Source: an uncultured Spirochaetota bacterium
GTDB lineage: Bacteria; Spirochaetota; Spirochaetia; SZUA-6; Fen-1364
Direction: 5' to 3'
DNA: 64,000 nucleotides
Assembly (NCBI GenBank): GCA_963845535.1
Contig: CAWJSK010000019.1
Location: 384,001-448,000 of the forward strand
Shown: piece by piece, positions 39,171-49,556 of the stretch
How positions within the stretch are numbered: the stretch's first letter is position 1
Layout of the letters: the number at the start of each line of letters is the position of its first letter
Notes under the pieces: generated by a model
Seen by the model: only the letters and a program-made list of their open reading frames with translations
Databases searched by the model: none
What the model was told of the DNA's origin: nothing
Translations under genes and position numbers: made by a program

Positions 39171-41336
39171 ATGAGAGGCGTCAGGCTCGTTGCTTTCCTT
39201 GCAGCGCTGTTTTTCCCGATGCTTTGCGCAGCGGAGTCCCTCGCGGTCGGCCCCGTGAAGGCGCGGCTTGTCGCGGAGAGCACTTCCATCCGCCCGGGAA
39301 CGCCGTTCTTGGTTGCAGTAGCGTTCCAAATGGGGCCAGGGTGGCACATATACTGGAGCAATCCAGGCAACACGGGGCTTCCGACCACCATTGCGTGGGA
39401 CCTCCCGAACGGCTTTCACGCGAGCAGCGTCATGTGGCCGGCTCCGCACAGATTTATTTCGCAAGGGCTCGCGTCCTATGGCTATGAGCGTGAAGTATCG
39501 CTCCTGACTCGAATAACTCCGCCGGCAAGTCTGCCGCCGGAGGGCGTGATCTTTCACGCGCGCGTGAGCTGGCTTGCCTGCCAGATCGAATGCACTCCGG
39601 GGAAGGCGGACCTTTCCTTTTCGCTGCCGGTTGGCCCGGGCGCCCCCATTGCGGACAAGCGTTCGGCGTCGCTTCTGAAGGAAGCGGCTTCCATGGTTCC
39701 CACGGCAGCCCCCGGGACGCGGTTCAGCTCCACAATGCAGGGAGACCGGATACTGCTTCGCGCTGACGGTCTTTCCGTTGCTCCTGATGCCACGGTGTAC
39801 TTTGTCCCATCGGATCCCGGCGTCCTTGCCGAAGGCGCCGCGCAGAACGCGCGCGTGGCCTCCGGGTCCGTGACCGTCGAGATGGCAGCCGCGGCGAAAC
39901 AACCGGGCGCGCGCAGGGTCCGTGGCGTGCTGGTGGTCTTGGGCCAGGCGGGCGCGCGCGGGTTCGATGTCGACACGGCGGCCGTTGGCGACGCAGGGGC
40001 CGCCGGCGCCCGAGCCGGAGCTGCGGGCGCAGCCGGGGCTTTTTCGAGCGGCGTCGCAAGCGGCACGGCAGGGGCTGGCTCTTTCCTGATTGCCCTGGCG
40101 CTGGCTTTTGTCGGCGGGCTCATCCTGAACCTCATGCCGTGCGTGCTTCCGGTAGTCTCGCTGAAGATCCTTTCCTTCGTGCGCGTCTCAGGTGAAAGCG
40201 GTGGAAGCGCCGTCCGACACGGGCTTCTCTTCGCTGCCGGCGTCCTCGTTTCCTTCTGGGCCATTGCCGGCATCCTCGTCGGCCTGCGCGCGGGCGGCCA
40301 GCTCGTGGGGTGGGGCTTCCAGTTCCAAAGCCCCGCCGTCGTGGCGGTGACCGCTTCCCTTTTCTTCCTGATAGCCCTGAACCTGCTGGACGTCTTCGAG
40401 CTTCGCCTGCCCATTCGCGTGTCCGCGCCGACCACCGGCGGCGGGGCAGGGGCATTCCTGAGCGGGCTTCTGGCAACAGTGGTGGCAACGCCGTGCACGG
40501 CGCCGTTCATGGGCGGCGCGCTCGGGTATGCGCTCACGCAGCCCCCGGCGCTCGGCTTCGGGGTATTCAGCGCGCTCGCGGTCGGGCTGGCCGCCCCGTA
40601 CGTGATCTTGTCGGCCATTCCGGGGCTCGTGAAACGGATCCCCAAGCCCGGGCGCTGGATGGTCACGCTGCGGCAGGTCCTCGCCTTTCCGATGCTGGGA
40701 GCCGTGATCTGGATGCTCTACGTGCTCTATATGCTGGCGGGTTTCCCGGCGCTCATGACGCTCCTCTCCGCGCTTCTCTTGGCCGGCCTTGGCGTGTGGA
40801 TATATGGTCGATGGGGAGGCCTGGACCGAAGCGCGCGCTCCCGCCTCATCTCCGCGAGCCTGGCCGCGTTGCTTGTGCTCGGCGGGACGGCGTTTTCCGC
40901 TGTTACCTCGGGGAGCGCGCCAGCGGCGGCCGCCGCGCAGACCGCGGCAGCAGCGCCGCCTGCAGCCGCCGTGGCTGATCCCGCGCCAGGCTCGGCATGG
41001 GAAAGCTGGAGCCCGCAACGGGTCGCAGAGCTGCAGGCGGCCGGCACCCCGGTGTTCGTGGACTTTACGGCAAAGTGGTGCCTTACCTGCCAAGTGAATG
41101 AACGCGTGACCCTCCGCGCGCCGGCGGTCGAGCGCGCCTTCCGTTCGGCGGGCATCGCCACGCTCAAGGCGGACTGGACGGACCGCAGCGACGAAATCGC
41201 CAGGACGCTTGCGGCCTTCGGCCGGGCCGGAGTGCCGGTGTACGTGTTGTACCCGCGGGGCGCGGCGTCTCCCATCCTGCTGCCTGAGCTGCTCACGCCC
41301 GGGGTGGTCATTGAGGCGCTGGACAAGCTCCGCTGA
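39171..41336 (+). CDS. dsbD: DsbD-family thiol:disulfide interchange protein
   Basis: WHIYWSNPG, C...C in N-domain, NLMPCVLPV, ATPCTAP, FTAKWCLTC. Confidence 0.9.
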   Translation: MRGVRLVAFLAALFFPMLCAAESLAVGPVKARLVAESTSIRPGTPFLVAVAFQMGPGWHIYWSNPGNTGLPTTIAWDLPNGFHASSVMWPAPHRFISQGLASYGYEREVSLLTRITPPASLPPEGVIFHARVSWLACQIECTPGKADLSFSLPVGPGAPIADKRSASLLKEAASMVPTAAPGTRFSSTMQGDRILLRADGLSVAPDATVYFVPSDPGVLAEGAAQNARVASGSVTVEMAAAAKQPGARRVRGVLVVLGQAGARGFDVDTAAVGDAGAAGARAGAAGAAGAFSSGVASGTAGAGSFLIALALAFVGGLILNLMPCVLPVVSLKILSFVRVSGESGGSAVRHGLLFAAGVLVSFWAIAGILVGLRAGGQLVGWGFQFQSPAVVAVTASLFFLIALNLLDVFELRLPIRVSAPTTGGGAGAFLSGLLATVVATPCTAPFMGGALGYALTQPPALGFGVFSALAVGLAAPYVILSAIPGLVKRIPKPGRWMVTLRQVLAFPMLGAVIWMLYVLYMLAGFPALMTLLSALLLAGLGVWIYGRWGGLDRSARSRLISASLAALLVLGGTAFSAVTSGSAPAAAAAQTAAAAPPAAAVADPAPGSAWESWSPQRVAELQAAGTPVFVDFTAKWCLTCQVNERVTLRAPAVERAFRSAGIATLKADWTDRSDEIARTLAAFGRAGVPVYVLYPRGAASPILLPELLTPGVVIEALDKLR

Positions 41337-41393
41337 ACGCGTCGTGGCGGTTTCTGCGGGGACCGCTTCGGCATCGGCTTCGACGCGCGCTCG

Positions 41394-41422
41394 TTGACCC
41401 CTTATGTCGGCGTCACTATAAT
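41394..41422 (+). promoter_or_regulatory. sigma70 promoter of gltX-glyQS-tyrS-lnt operon
   Basis: TTGACC-N17-TATAAT. Confidence 0.7.
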
Positions 41423-41505
41423 GCGTCAAACGCCGCCAGCCGTCATCGACTTTCTTACGGCGCCTGATCATCCGCAGGCGGCGGCCAGCACAAGGAGGCT
41501 TCTTC

Positions 41506-42966
41506 GTGAGTGTCAGGGTGCGCTACGCGCCGTCCCCGACGGGTTTCCAGCACATCGGGGGAGTGCGCACCGCGCTGTACAACTACCTCTTTGCCCGTTC
41601 CCGGGGCGGGAAGCTCATCCTGCGCATCGAGGACACGGACCGGGAAAGGTACGTCGAGGAAGCGCTGAAGGACATCTACGAGACATTCGAATGGCTGGGG
41701 TTCCACTGGGACGAAGGCCCGGACGTGGGCGGTCCCTGCGGCCCATACTTCCAGTCAGAGCGGCTCCCGCTCTACGCGGCGCGCGCCGCCGAGCTGGTGG
41801 AGAAGGGGCACGCGTACAAATGCTACTGCACGCCTGAGCGCCTGGCAAAGATGCGGGAGGAGCAGGCGGCATCCAAGTCGGGCCAAGGGTATGACCGTCA
41901 CTGCCGCTCCCTGAGTGACGCGGAACGCGGCCGGCTCGAGGCTTCCGGCTCCTCATCCGTCATCAGGCTCAAGGTGCCTCTGGAAGGCGCAACGAGCTTC
42001 ACGGACACGCTCCTGGGCGACATCACCGTGGAGAACTCCGACATCAACCCTGACCCCGTTCTCATCAAGTCGGATGGTTTCCCGACCTACCACATGGCGA
42101 ACGTCGTGGATGACCATCTCATGGAGATCACGCACATCATGCGCGCTCAGGAATGGCTGCCGTCGGCGCCGCTTCACGTGATTCTCTACAGGGCCTTCGG
42201 GTGGGAGCATCCGTTGCTCTGCCACCTTCCCATGGTCATGGGCAAGGACGGCCAGAAGCTCTCCAAGCGCCACGGGACAACGAGCGTCAAGGAGTTCAGG
42301 AAGCAGGGGTATCTTCCGGAGGCCCTCCTGAACTACATCGCGCTCGTAGGCTGGTCGTATGACGACTCGCGGGAGTTCTTCACCCTCGGGGAGCTGGAGA
42401 AGCTCTTCAGCATGGAGAAGATCAACAAGTCTCCAGCCGTGTTCGACTACCAGAAGCTGGAGTGGTTCAACGGCAGCTACATGCGAAAGCAGACTCCCGA
42501 GCAGCTGGCCCGCCTGATCGAGCCGGTGCTCACGACGGCGGGATTTGCGGCGGACGCCGCCCTGCTTGGAAAGATCGTGCCGCTCATCCAGGAACGGGTG
42601 AAGCTTCTCTCGGAGGTCCCGGACATGGTTCGCTTCTTTTTCGAGGAGCCCGCGCCTCCGGCCGCTTCCGCGCTCATCCCGAAGAAGGCTGAGCCCGCGA
42701 AGGCTCTTGAGGCGCTGCGGAGGGCGGATGATCTCCTGGGCCGGCTCACCGACATGGGTGAAGAGGCGGAGACGAAGTTCCGCGCGCTTGCGGAGGAGCT
42801 GGGCATGAAGCTGGGAGACTTGCTCATGCCGGTCCGCATTGCCGTCACGGGCTCGAAGGTCTCCCCGCCTCTTCTGGGAAGCATTGAAGCCATGGGAGTG
42901 GAGCGCGCCCGGGCCAGAATTGCGCGGGCAATTTCGATTCTTGAGACGAGTGCCGGAAGGAGCTGA
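41506..42966 (+). CDS. gltX: glutamate-tRNA ligase
   Basis: RYAPSPTG, HIGG, RIEDTD, KLSKR. Confidence 0.98.
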   Translation: MSVRVRYAPSPTGFQHIGGVRTALYNYLFARSRGGKLILRIEDTDRERYVEEALKDIYETFEWLGFHWDEGPDVGGPCGPYFQSERLPLYAARAAELVEKGHAYKCYCTPERLAKMREEQAASKSGQGYDRHCRSLSDAERGRLEASGSSSVIRLKVPLEGATSFTDTLLGDITVENSDINPDPVLIKSDGFPTYHMANVVDDHLMEITHIMRAQEWLPSAPLHVILYRAFGWEHPLLCHLPMVMGKDGQKLSKRHGTTSVKEFRKQGYLPEALLNYIALVGWSYDDSREFFTLGELEKLFSMEKINKSPAVFDYQKLEWFNGSYMRKQTPEQLARLIEPVLTTAGFAADAALLGKIVPLIQERVKLLSEVPDMVRFFFEEPAPPAASALIPKKAEPAKALEALRRADDLLGRLTDMGEEAETKFRALAEELGMKLGDLLMPVRIAVTGSKVSPPLLGSIEAMGVERARARIARAISILETSAGRS

Positions 42967-42969
42967 AGG

Positions 42970-44355
42970 ATGCCGGAAAAGTCGGACGTACGCGCTGAAG
43001 CGGTGACCATGGACACGCTCGTCTCCCTCACCAAGCGTCGAGGGTTCATCTTCCCGTCCAGTGAGATCTACGGGGGCCTGGCCTCCGCGTGGGACTACGG
43101 CCCCATGGGGGTGGAGCTGAAGAAGCGCATCCAGGAGTTCTGGTGGCGGGAGATGACGCAGCTCAACGACAACATCGTCGGGCTGGATGCCGCCATCATG
43201 ATGCATCCCCGGGTATGGGAGGCGTCAGGTCATGTGGAGAACTTCACCGACCCTCTCATCGACTGCAAGAACTGCAAGCACCGCTTCCGCGCGGACCAGA
43301 TACCCGAAGAGAACATGAAGGCGCACAAGTGCCCCGACTGCGGAGCCAACCAGCTCACCGAGGCGCGCAAGTTCAACCTGATGTTCACCACGCACATGGG
43401 ACCGGTGGAGGACGAGGGAGGACTGATCTACCTGCGGCCCGAGACGGCGCAAGGGATCTATGTCAACTTCAAGAACGTCCTGCAGACCGGGCGCGTAAAA
43501 GTCCCTTTCGGGATTGCCCAGGTGGGCAAGGCGTTTCGAAACGAGATCACCACAAAGAACTTCATCTTCCGCACGTGCGAGTTCGAGCAGATGGAGATGC
43601 AGTTCTTCATCCATCCCTCGGAGGACGCGAAATGGTTCGAGCACTGGAAGGGTAAGAGGCTCCAGTATTACATCGACCTGGGGATCAGGCCGGAAAAGCT
43701 GCGCTTCCATCAGCACGGACCGGACGAGCTGGCCCATTACGCCAAGCTCGCCTTCGACATCCAGTACGAGTTCCCGTTCGGCTGGAAGGAGCTGGAAGGA
43801 ATCCACAACCGCACGGACTACGACCTGAAGCGCCACACGGAGTACTCCGGCAAAGACCTCTCCTATCTGGACGAAGTGTCCCACGAGCGGTACATCCCGT
43901 ACATCATCGAGACCTCCGCGGGGCTTACACGGACGGTTCTTGTCGTCCTGGCTGACGCCTATGATGAGGAAGTCGTGGAGGGCGAGAAGCGGGTCGTTAT
44001 GCGCTTCCACCCGCGCATTGCCCCCACGACCGCGGGCGTGTTCCCCCTGGTGAAGAAGGACGGGCTTGCCGAGATTGCCCACAAGCTCTCCGACGAGCTG
44101 TGTGAGGAGTTCCGCACGTTCTATGATGAAAGCGGCGCCATTGGCAGGCGCTACCGCCGCCAGGACGAGGTGGGGACGCCGTTCTGCGTGACGGTGGACT
44201 ACCAGACCAAGGAGGACCAGACTGTCACCATCAGGTTCCGCGACTCCATGGAGCAGGTCCGCGTGAAGATGGCGGAGGTCGGCACCACCATCCGAAAGTC
44301 GATCAAGGAATACAAGCGAGTTTCCAGCGGGACAAATGGAGGGAAGCAGGCGTGA
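42970..44355 (+). CDS. glyQS: glycine-tRNA ligase, alpha2 type
   Basis: IYGG, DYGP, YLRPETAQG, FRNEIT, EFEQME, IGRRYRRQDEVGTP. Confidence 0.97.
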   Translation: MPEKSDVRAEAVTMDTLVSLTKRRGFIFPSSEIYGGLASAWDYGPMGVELKKRIQEFWWREMTQLNDNIVGLDAAIMMHPRVWEASGHVENFTDPLIDCKNCKHRFRADQIPEENMKAHKCPDCGANQLTEARKFNLMFTTHMGPVEDEGGLIYLRPETAQGIYVNFKNVLQTGRVKVPFGIAQVGKAFRNEITTKNFIFRTCEFEQMEMQFFIHPSEDAKWFEHWKGKRLQYYIDLGIRPEKLRFHQHGPDELAHYAKLAFDIQYEFPFGWKELEGIHNRTDYDLKRHTEYSGKDLSYLDEVSHERYIPYIIETSAGLTRTVLVVLADAYDEEVVEGEKRVVMRFHPRIAPTTAGVFPLVKKDGLAEIAHKLSDELCEEFRTFYDESGAIGRRYRRQDEVGTPFCVTVDYQTKEDQTVTIRFRDSMEQVRVKMAEVGTTIRKSIKEYKRVSSGTNGGKQA

Positions 44356-45584
44356 GCGGTGCGTTTGACACGCTCAAGGAACGAGGGTTCGTCAGCCAGT
44401 GCTCCAACGAGGAAGGCCTGCGGAAGCTCCTGGATTCCGAGCGTGTTACGTTTTACATCGGGTTTGATCCCACCGCGGAGAGCCTTCACATCGGGCATCT
44501 GCAGCAGCTCATGTTCATGGCGCACCTGCAGCGCGCCGGGCACAGGCCAATTGCCCTCGTGGGAGGCGGCACCACTCGCATCGGGGATCCCACGGGCCGG
44601 ACAGAGAGCAGGAAGATCCTTTCCGTGGAGGCCATCGCTGCAAACGCGCAGCTGTTTCGAAAGCAGATCTCGAGGTTCCTGGATTTCAGTGAGGGCAAGG
44701 CGCTCATGCTGGATAACGCGGAGTGGCTCGCTCCTCTGAACTATATCGAGTTCCTTCGGGACATCGGCGTGCATTTCTCCGTCAACCGGATGCTCTCGTT
44801 TGAAACGTACAAGATGCGGCTGGAGACCGGGCTGTCGTTCATCGAGTTCAACTACCAGCTCCTCCAGTCCTATGACTACCTCGTGCTGTACCGCAAGCAC
44901 GGCTGCCGGCTGCAAATGGGCGGAGACGACCAGTGGGGCAACATCGTGGCGGGCATGGACCTCATCCGCAGAGTGGAAGGCGTGGAGGCCTTCGCGCTCA
45001 CCTCGCCACTCATCACGCGGTCGGACGGCAAAAAGATGGGCAAGTCGGAGGGCGGCGCCCTGTTTCTTGCTCCCCACTTGGTGAGCCCGTACGAGTTCTA
45101 CCAGTTCTGGGTGAATGTGCCGGATGCTGACCTGCGGCAGTTCTTCCTGAGATTCACCTTCCTTGCGCCCACGGAGATAGAACTGCTGTGCGCGGCGAAG
45201 GACCAGAAGATCAACGACGCAAAGCGCAAGCTCGCCTTGGAGATCACCTCCCTCGTGCACGGCGCGGATGCGGCGCAGTCTGCCGAGGATGCATCTCGCG
45301 CGGCTTTCCAGACTAATGACGGGGCCGACATGTCGGGAGTGCCTTCCGTGTCCCTTGCGCGCGCCGAGATCGAGAAGGGGATTCCGGTCGTGGATCTTTT
45401 CGTGCGAGCCGGTTTGTGTGTCACCAAGAGCGACGCCCGCAGGCTGGTGTCCCAGGGCGGGGCATACGTGAGCCGGAAGAACGTGACCGATATCAACGCC
45501 GTCGTGTCAGCGGACGCGGCAGAGGACGGCGTCATTCTTCTTCGAGCCGGCAAGAAGAGGTATTTCCGCGTCGTCCTGAGCTGA
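44352..45584 (+). CDS. tyrS: tyrosine-tRNA ligase
   Basis: GFDPTAESLHIGH, QMGGDDQWGN, KMGKS, C-terminal S4 domain. Confidence 0.98.
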   Translation: MSGAFDTLKERGFVSQCSNEEGLRKLLDSERVTFYIGFDPTAESLHIGHLQQLMFMAHLQRAGHRPIALVGGGTTRIGDPTGRTESRKILSVEAIAANAQLFRKQISRFLDFSEGKALMLDNAEWLAPLNYIEFLRDIGVHFSVNRMLSFETYKMRLETGLSFIEFNYQLLQSYDYLVLYRKHGCRLQMGGDDQWGNIVAGMDLIRRVEGVEAFALTSPLITRSDGKKMGKSEGGALFLAPHLVSPYEFYQFWVNVPDADLRQFFLRFTFLAPTEIELLCAAKDQKINDAKRKLALEITSLVHGADAAQSAEDASRAAFQTNDGADMSGVPSVSLARAEIEKGIPVVDLFVRAGLCVTKSDARRLVSQGGAYVSRKNVTDINAVVSADAAEDGVILLRAGKKRYFRVVLS

Positions 45585-45594
45585 AGACATCGGA

Positions 45595-47556
45595 ATGTCG
45601 ACGGCGGAGTATCTGTACGCTTTCCTTCTTCTGCTCCACGCGCTGACGGGCGCCGCCATCGCGGTTTCGTTGCGTCGGGGGGTGACCACCAAAGAAGCGC
45701 CGTTTCTTTTCCTTCGCGCGCCCGAGCTTCTTTTCGCCCTTGCAGGCGTCCTGTTCCTTTTTTCCTTCATCTACGCGACCAACGCCAACATGGACTACGT
45801 CCAGCGATTCATGGCCACCCACGGCAACCTCCGGCTTGCCCCCAACAGCTCCAAGGAGCGCCTTGCCGCGTGCTTGCGCTACCTTCCGCTCCTGGCTGTG
45901 GACGCGGCGGTCGTATGGTATTTCAAGATTCGCGGATCAACGGGCCGCGTGGAGGCCCTGGCGCTGCCGGCGGCAATCGTGTCGGGGATCCTCTACGCCC
46001 TCTCGGAGCCTTCGTTCGTCAGCACCGGCGGCATTCCCATCCTCGCGTGGGTGTGCCTCGTCCCGCTCTTTGTCGTGCTGGAGAACGCGAGCCTGGGGCA
46101 GGGGATATTTTACGGAACGCTCACGGGAATCATTCAGACCATGATCTCGAACTTCTGGCTCGGGACATTCAACCTCCTGACCTTGCAGTTCGTGACGGTG
46201 GTCACGCTGCTCGAATACGTCCCGTTCATGGCCATTTCACTCGCCTTGCTGCGCGGGAGCCGGAAGCGGGGCGTAAGCGCAGCCGGATGGCTCGTTTTCC
46301 CGGCGGCCTGGACCGCTTTCGACTGGGTACGGTCACAGGGCTTCCTGGGGTACCCCTGGGGCATGCTCGGCGCATCCCAGTATTCGGTGATACCGATCAT
46401 CCAGGTTGCCTCCCTGGCGGGCGTCTGGGGGGTGACGTTCGTTGTCACGATGGCCAACAGCGTGATCGCATGGTACGTCTCGGGCTGGATTGGCAGGGTC
46501 CGAAGGGATGCGGTGCCCGCCATCGCCCTTGGCGCGGTCCTGGCCGCTTCGCTGGCATGGGGCGTGCTGCAGATCCGATCGGACGCTGCGGCTTCGCGGG
46601 CCGGCAAACGCACGGTTCGCATCGCCCTCGTGCAGCAGGATGCGGACCCGCGCAAGGAAGACTATGGGCAGACTTTCCAGACGCTCAAGGGCCTGACTGC
46701 TCGGGCGCTCGTCAGCAAGCCCGACCTCGTTGCCTGGTCTGAGACGGCTTTCGTGCCTAACATCAGGAGATGGAGCAAGGAAGACCCTTCGAAGTTCCCG
46801 CTTGCTGCGCTCGTGAGGGATTTTCTTGCCTACCAACGCGGCATTGGGACGTGGCTTCTCACCGGAAACGACGACTACGAGCTCAAGACCAGGAATGGCG
46901 TAGAGGAGCGGCTGGACTACAACGGCGCTGTGCTGTTCTCTCCCGCTGGGGAACGCGTGGAGACGTATCACAAGATCCACCTCGTTCCTTTCACCGAGTA
47001 TTTTCCGTTCAAGAGACAGCTCCCGTGGCTCTACCAGTTCCTCTTGAGCTTCGACGCCTATCTCTGGGAGCCGGGGGACCGCAGGGTGGTTTTTCACCAC
47101 CCGCTCTTCTCGTTCTCAACGCCCATTTGTTTCGAGGACTCGTTTCCCAACGACGTGCGGCTTTTCGTCACGGAAGGCGCCCAGGTCATTCTCAACCTGT
47201 CCAACGATTACTGGTCCCAGACCGATACCGAAGCCATGCAGCATGCGGCCAACGGCGTTTTTCGCGCCGTGGAGAATGGGCGGCCCCTTGCCCGGGCCTC
47301 TGCCTCCGGCCTGACCTGCGTCGTGGACACTCTGGGGCGGATCACGGCACGCGGTCCTTTCTATGAGCCGACCTTCCTTGTTGCGGACATCCCGATCCCA
47401 AACCGCGGCTTCACGGTCTACACGAGGTTCGGCGATTGGTTCCCCGCGGCCATGGCGTTTTTGCTGGTGGGCTTCGCGGTCGCCTGCGCGGTGGGCGCGC
47501 GAAGGCCTGGCGGCGCACGCGGGCGCGGTGGCGCGGGAAAGCGCGACGGGGCATGA
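45595..47556 (+). CDS. lnt: apolipoprotein N-acyltransferase, paralogue 1 with N-terminal extension
   Basis: GYPWG, WSETA, YHKIHLVPFTE, PICFED, NLSND, RAVENGR. Confidence 0.93.
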   Translation: MSTAEYLYAFLLLLHALTGAAIAVSLRRGVTTKEAPFLFLRAPELLFALAGVLFLFSFIYATNANMDYVQRFMATHGNLRLAPNSSKERLAACLRYLPLLAVDAAVVWYFKIRGSTGRVEALALPAAIVSGILYALSEPSFVSTGGIPILAWVCLVPLFVVLENASLGQGIFYGTLTGIIQTMISNFWLGTFNLLTLQFVTVVTLLEYVPFMAISLALLRGSRKRGVSAAGWLVFPAAWTAFDWVRSQGFLGYPWGMLGASQYSVIPIIQVASLAGVWGVTFVVTMANSVIAWYVSGWIGRVRRDAVPAIALGAVLAASLAWGVLQIRSDAAASRAGKRTVRIALVQQDADPRKEDYGQTFQTLKGLTARALVSKPDLVAWSETAFVPNIRRWSKEDPSKFPLAALVRDFLAYQRGIGTWLLTGNDDYELKTRNGVEERLDYNGAVLFSPAGERVETYHKIHLVPFTEYFPFKRQLPWLYQFLLSFDAYLWEPGDRRVVFHHPLFSFSTPICFEDSFPNDVRLFVTEGAQVILNLSNDYWSQTDTEAMQHAANGVFRAVENGRPLARASASGLTCVVDTLGRITARGPFYEPTFLVADIPIPNRGFTVYTRFGDWFPAAMAFLLVGFAVACAVGARRPGGARGRGGAGKRDGA

Positions 47557-48305
47557 CGCAGCCAGGCACGAAATCTGTGCGGCTTTCTTTCTTCTCCGTG
47601 CACTCCCGCCTGTTCAAAGCCTATGGGCCGCAGGGCTGGTGGCCCCTCCCGAGCATGGCCGGGAAGCGCGGGTTCGACTCCCGCGGCTACCACCCCGGCA
47701 GCTACCGCTGGCCGCGCTCGGCGCGGGGCAGGTTCGAGATCATCCTCGGGGCCATCCTGACACAGAACACGGCATGGACGAACGTGGAGATGGCGCTCAA
47801 GCGCCTTGAGGCCGCGGGACTGGAGCTGCCGGAGCATTTCCTGCGGACCCCGTCCAGCCGCCTTGCGCGCCATATCCGCAGCTCGGGGTACTTCAACCAG
47901 AAGGCAAAGAAGCTGAAGATCGCGGCAAAGGTATTCTCACGACCGGGGGCGCTCGATATGCGGGCCGCTCCCACGCGTGAGGAGCTCCTGGAGCTCTGGG
48001 GGATCGGACGGGAAACCGCTGACTCGATCCTCTTGTACGCGTTCGCCCGACCGGTGTTCGTCGTGGACGCCTATACGCGCAGGATCTTCACGCGCCTGGG
48101 CGCTTTTGACGGGACCGAAACCTATGACGAGATCCAGGAGGCGTTTCACCGCCGCCTGCCCCGGAGCACGGAGCTGTTCAACGAGCTGCATGCGCTGATC
48201 GTCGAGCACGCAAAGCAACACTGCCGCGCCACGCCGGACTGCTCCCACTGTCCGCTCTCCGGGTCGTGCCGCTATTTCCGCGCGTCCCTCCGCCCTTCTC
48301 CTTGA
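47553..48305 (+). CDS. endonuclease III-like HhH-GPD protein
   Basis: GAILTQNTAW, GIGRETAD, VVDAY, C-X6-C-X2-C-X5-C. Confidence 0.88.
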   Translation: MTQPGTKSVRLSFFSVHSRLFKAYGPQGWWPLPSMAGKRGFDSRGYHPGSYRWPRSARGRFEIILGAILTQNTAWTNVEMALKRLEAAGLELPEHFLRTPSSRLARHIRSSGYFNQKAKKLKIAAKVFSRPGALDMRAAPTREELLELWGIGRETADSILLYAFARPVFVVDAYTRRIFTRLGAFDGTETYDEIQEAFHRRLPRSTELFNELHALIVEHAKQHCRATPDCSHCPLSGSCRYFRASLRPSP

Positions 48306-48337
48306 ACCGGCGCGTATTTTCCGCGACAATCCCTTCC

Positions 48338-49511
48338 ATGGCTTTCGAAGGCATGAGGCGCATCGTCGTCTGCGGCCATATCTGCCTCGACATCATACCG
48401 ACGTTCCCTCCCGTCGCGGGGCAGGACTATTTCCGCCCGGGCCGCCTCACGATCGTCGACGCCGCCGTGACGGCGACCGGGGGCACCGTGTCCAACGTGG
48501 GGCTGAGCCTGCACAAGCTCGGGGTTCCCGTGCGGCTGGTAGCCAAGGTCGGCAAAGATCCGTTTGGCGATATCGTCACCCGAAAAATGGCCGCCACGGC
48601 GGCGGACCTTGCGAACGGCATCACCGCCGTGGAGGGTGAAACCACTTCCTACAGCGTCGTGATCAATCCGCCCGGCATCGACCGTGTCTTTTTTCACTGC
48701 CCCGGCGCCAATGATACTTTCACGGACGCAGACGTGCCGGACGGAGTCTTCAAAGATGCTTCGATCTTCCATTTCGGATATCCGCCCTTGATGAAGCGGA
48801 TCTGGTCTGACGGAGGGGACTCCCTGCTGCGCCTGCTCAGGCGGGCAAAAGCGGGCGGGCTTGTCACGTCCCTGGACATGAGCCTTCCCGACCCGGGCAG
48901 CGCGTCAGGCATGATCGACTGGGGCTCGTTTCTCGCGCATGTGCTCCCTGCGGTCGACATTTTTGTCCCCAGCATCGAGGAGTTTCTGTTCATGGGGAAC
49001 AGGCCCCTGTTTGACAAACTGTCAGCCGGCAGGGGAGGAGACGCCGTTGTCCAGGACATCACCCTGCGGGATGCGGCGCTTCTCGCCGGGCAGGCGCTTT
49101 CCGCAGGGGTCTCCGCGGTCCTCATCAAGATGGGGGACCGAGGCGCCTACCTGAGGACCGACCCGAAGGGGCTGGGCGGCCTTTCCCGCTGGTCGGGCCG
49201 CGAGCTCTACACTCCCGTGTTCCCGGTGCCCTTGGTGGGAGGAACGACCGGCGCGGGAGATGCGACCATTGCCCGGGTTTCTCGCTTCCGTTTCCAAGGC
49301 CCTCGGTCCGGATGACGCCCTCACGTTTGCCGTTGCCGTGGGGGCTTGCTGCGTGGAAGCCCCGGACGCCACCTCGGGGGTCAGGGCGTGGCGGGAAACG
49401 GAAAAAAGGGTGCGCGATGGATGGAAGCGCTCCAGTTCCCCGGTTGCCGAACCAGGCTGGAAGCGGCTGGAGTCAGGCGTCTGGGCAGGCCCGGCGGACG
49501 CGCAAGCCTGA
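48338..49511 (+). CDS. PfkB family carbohydrate kinase (frameshift near 49273)
   Basis: TGGTVSN, VGKDPFG, KMGDRG, TTGAGD; continues GFLAS.. in ORF 49260-49511. Confidence 0.88.
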
Positions 49512-49556
49512 GCAATCATCTTGGCTGAGAGCGCAACTCGATTCGATGTATGGGGC

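Noticed and set aside
41423..41505. T-box or riboswitch ahead of the aaRS operon
   Set aside because: Leader is only ~80 nt, with no T-box consensus or terminator; just a GCCGCC/GGCGGC pairing
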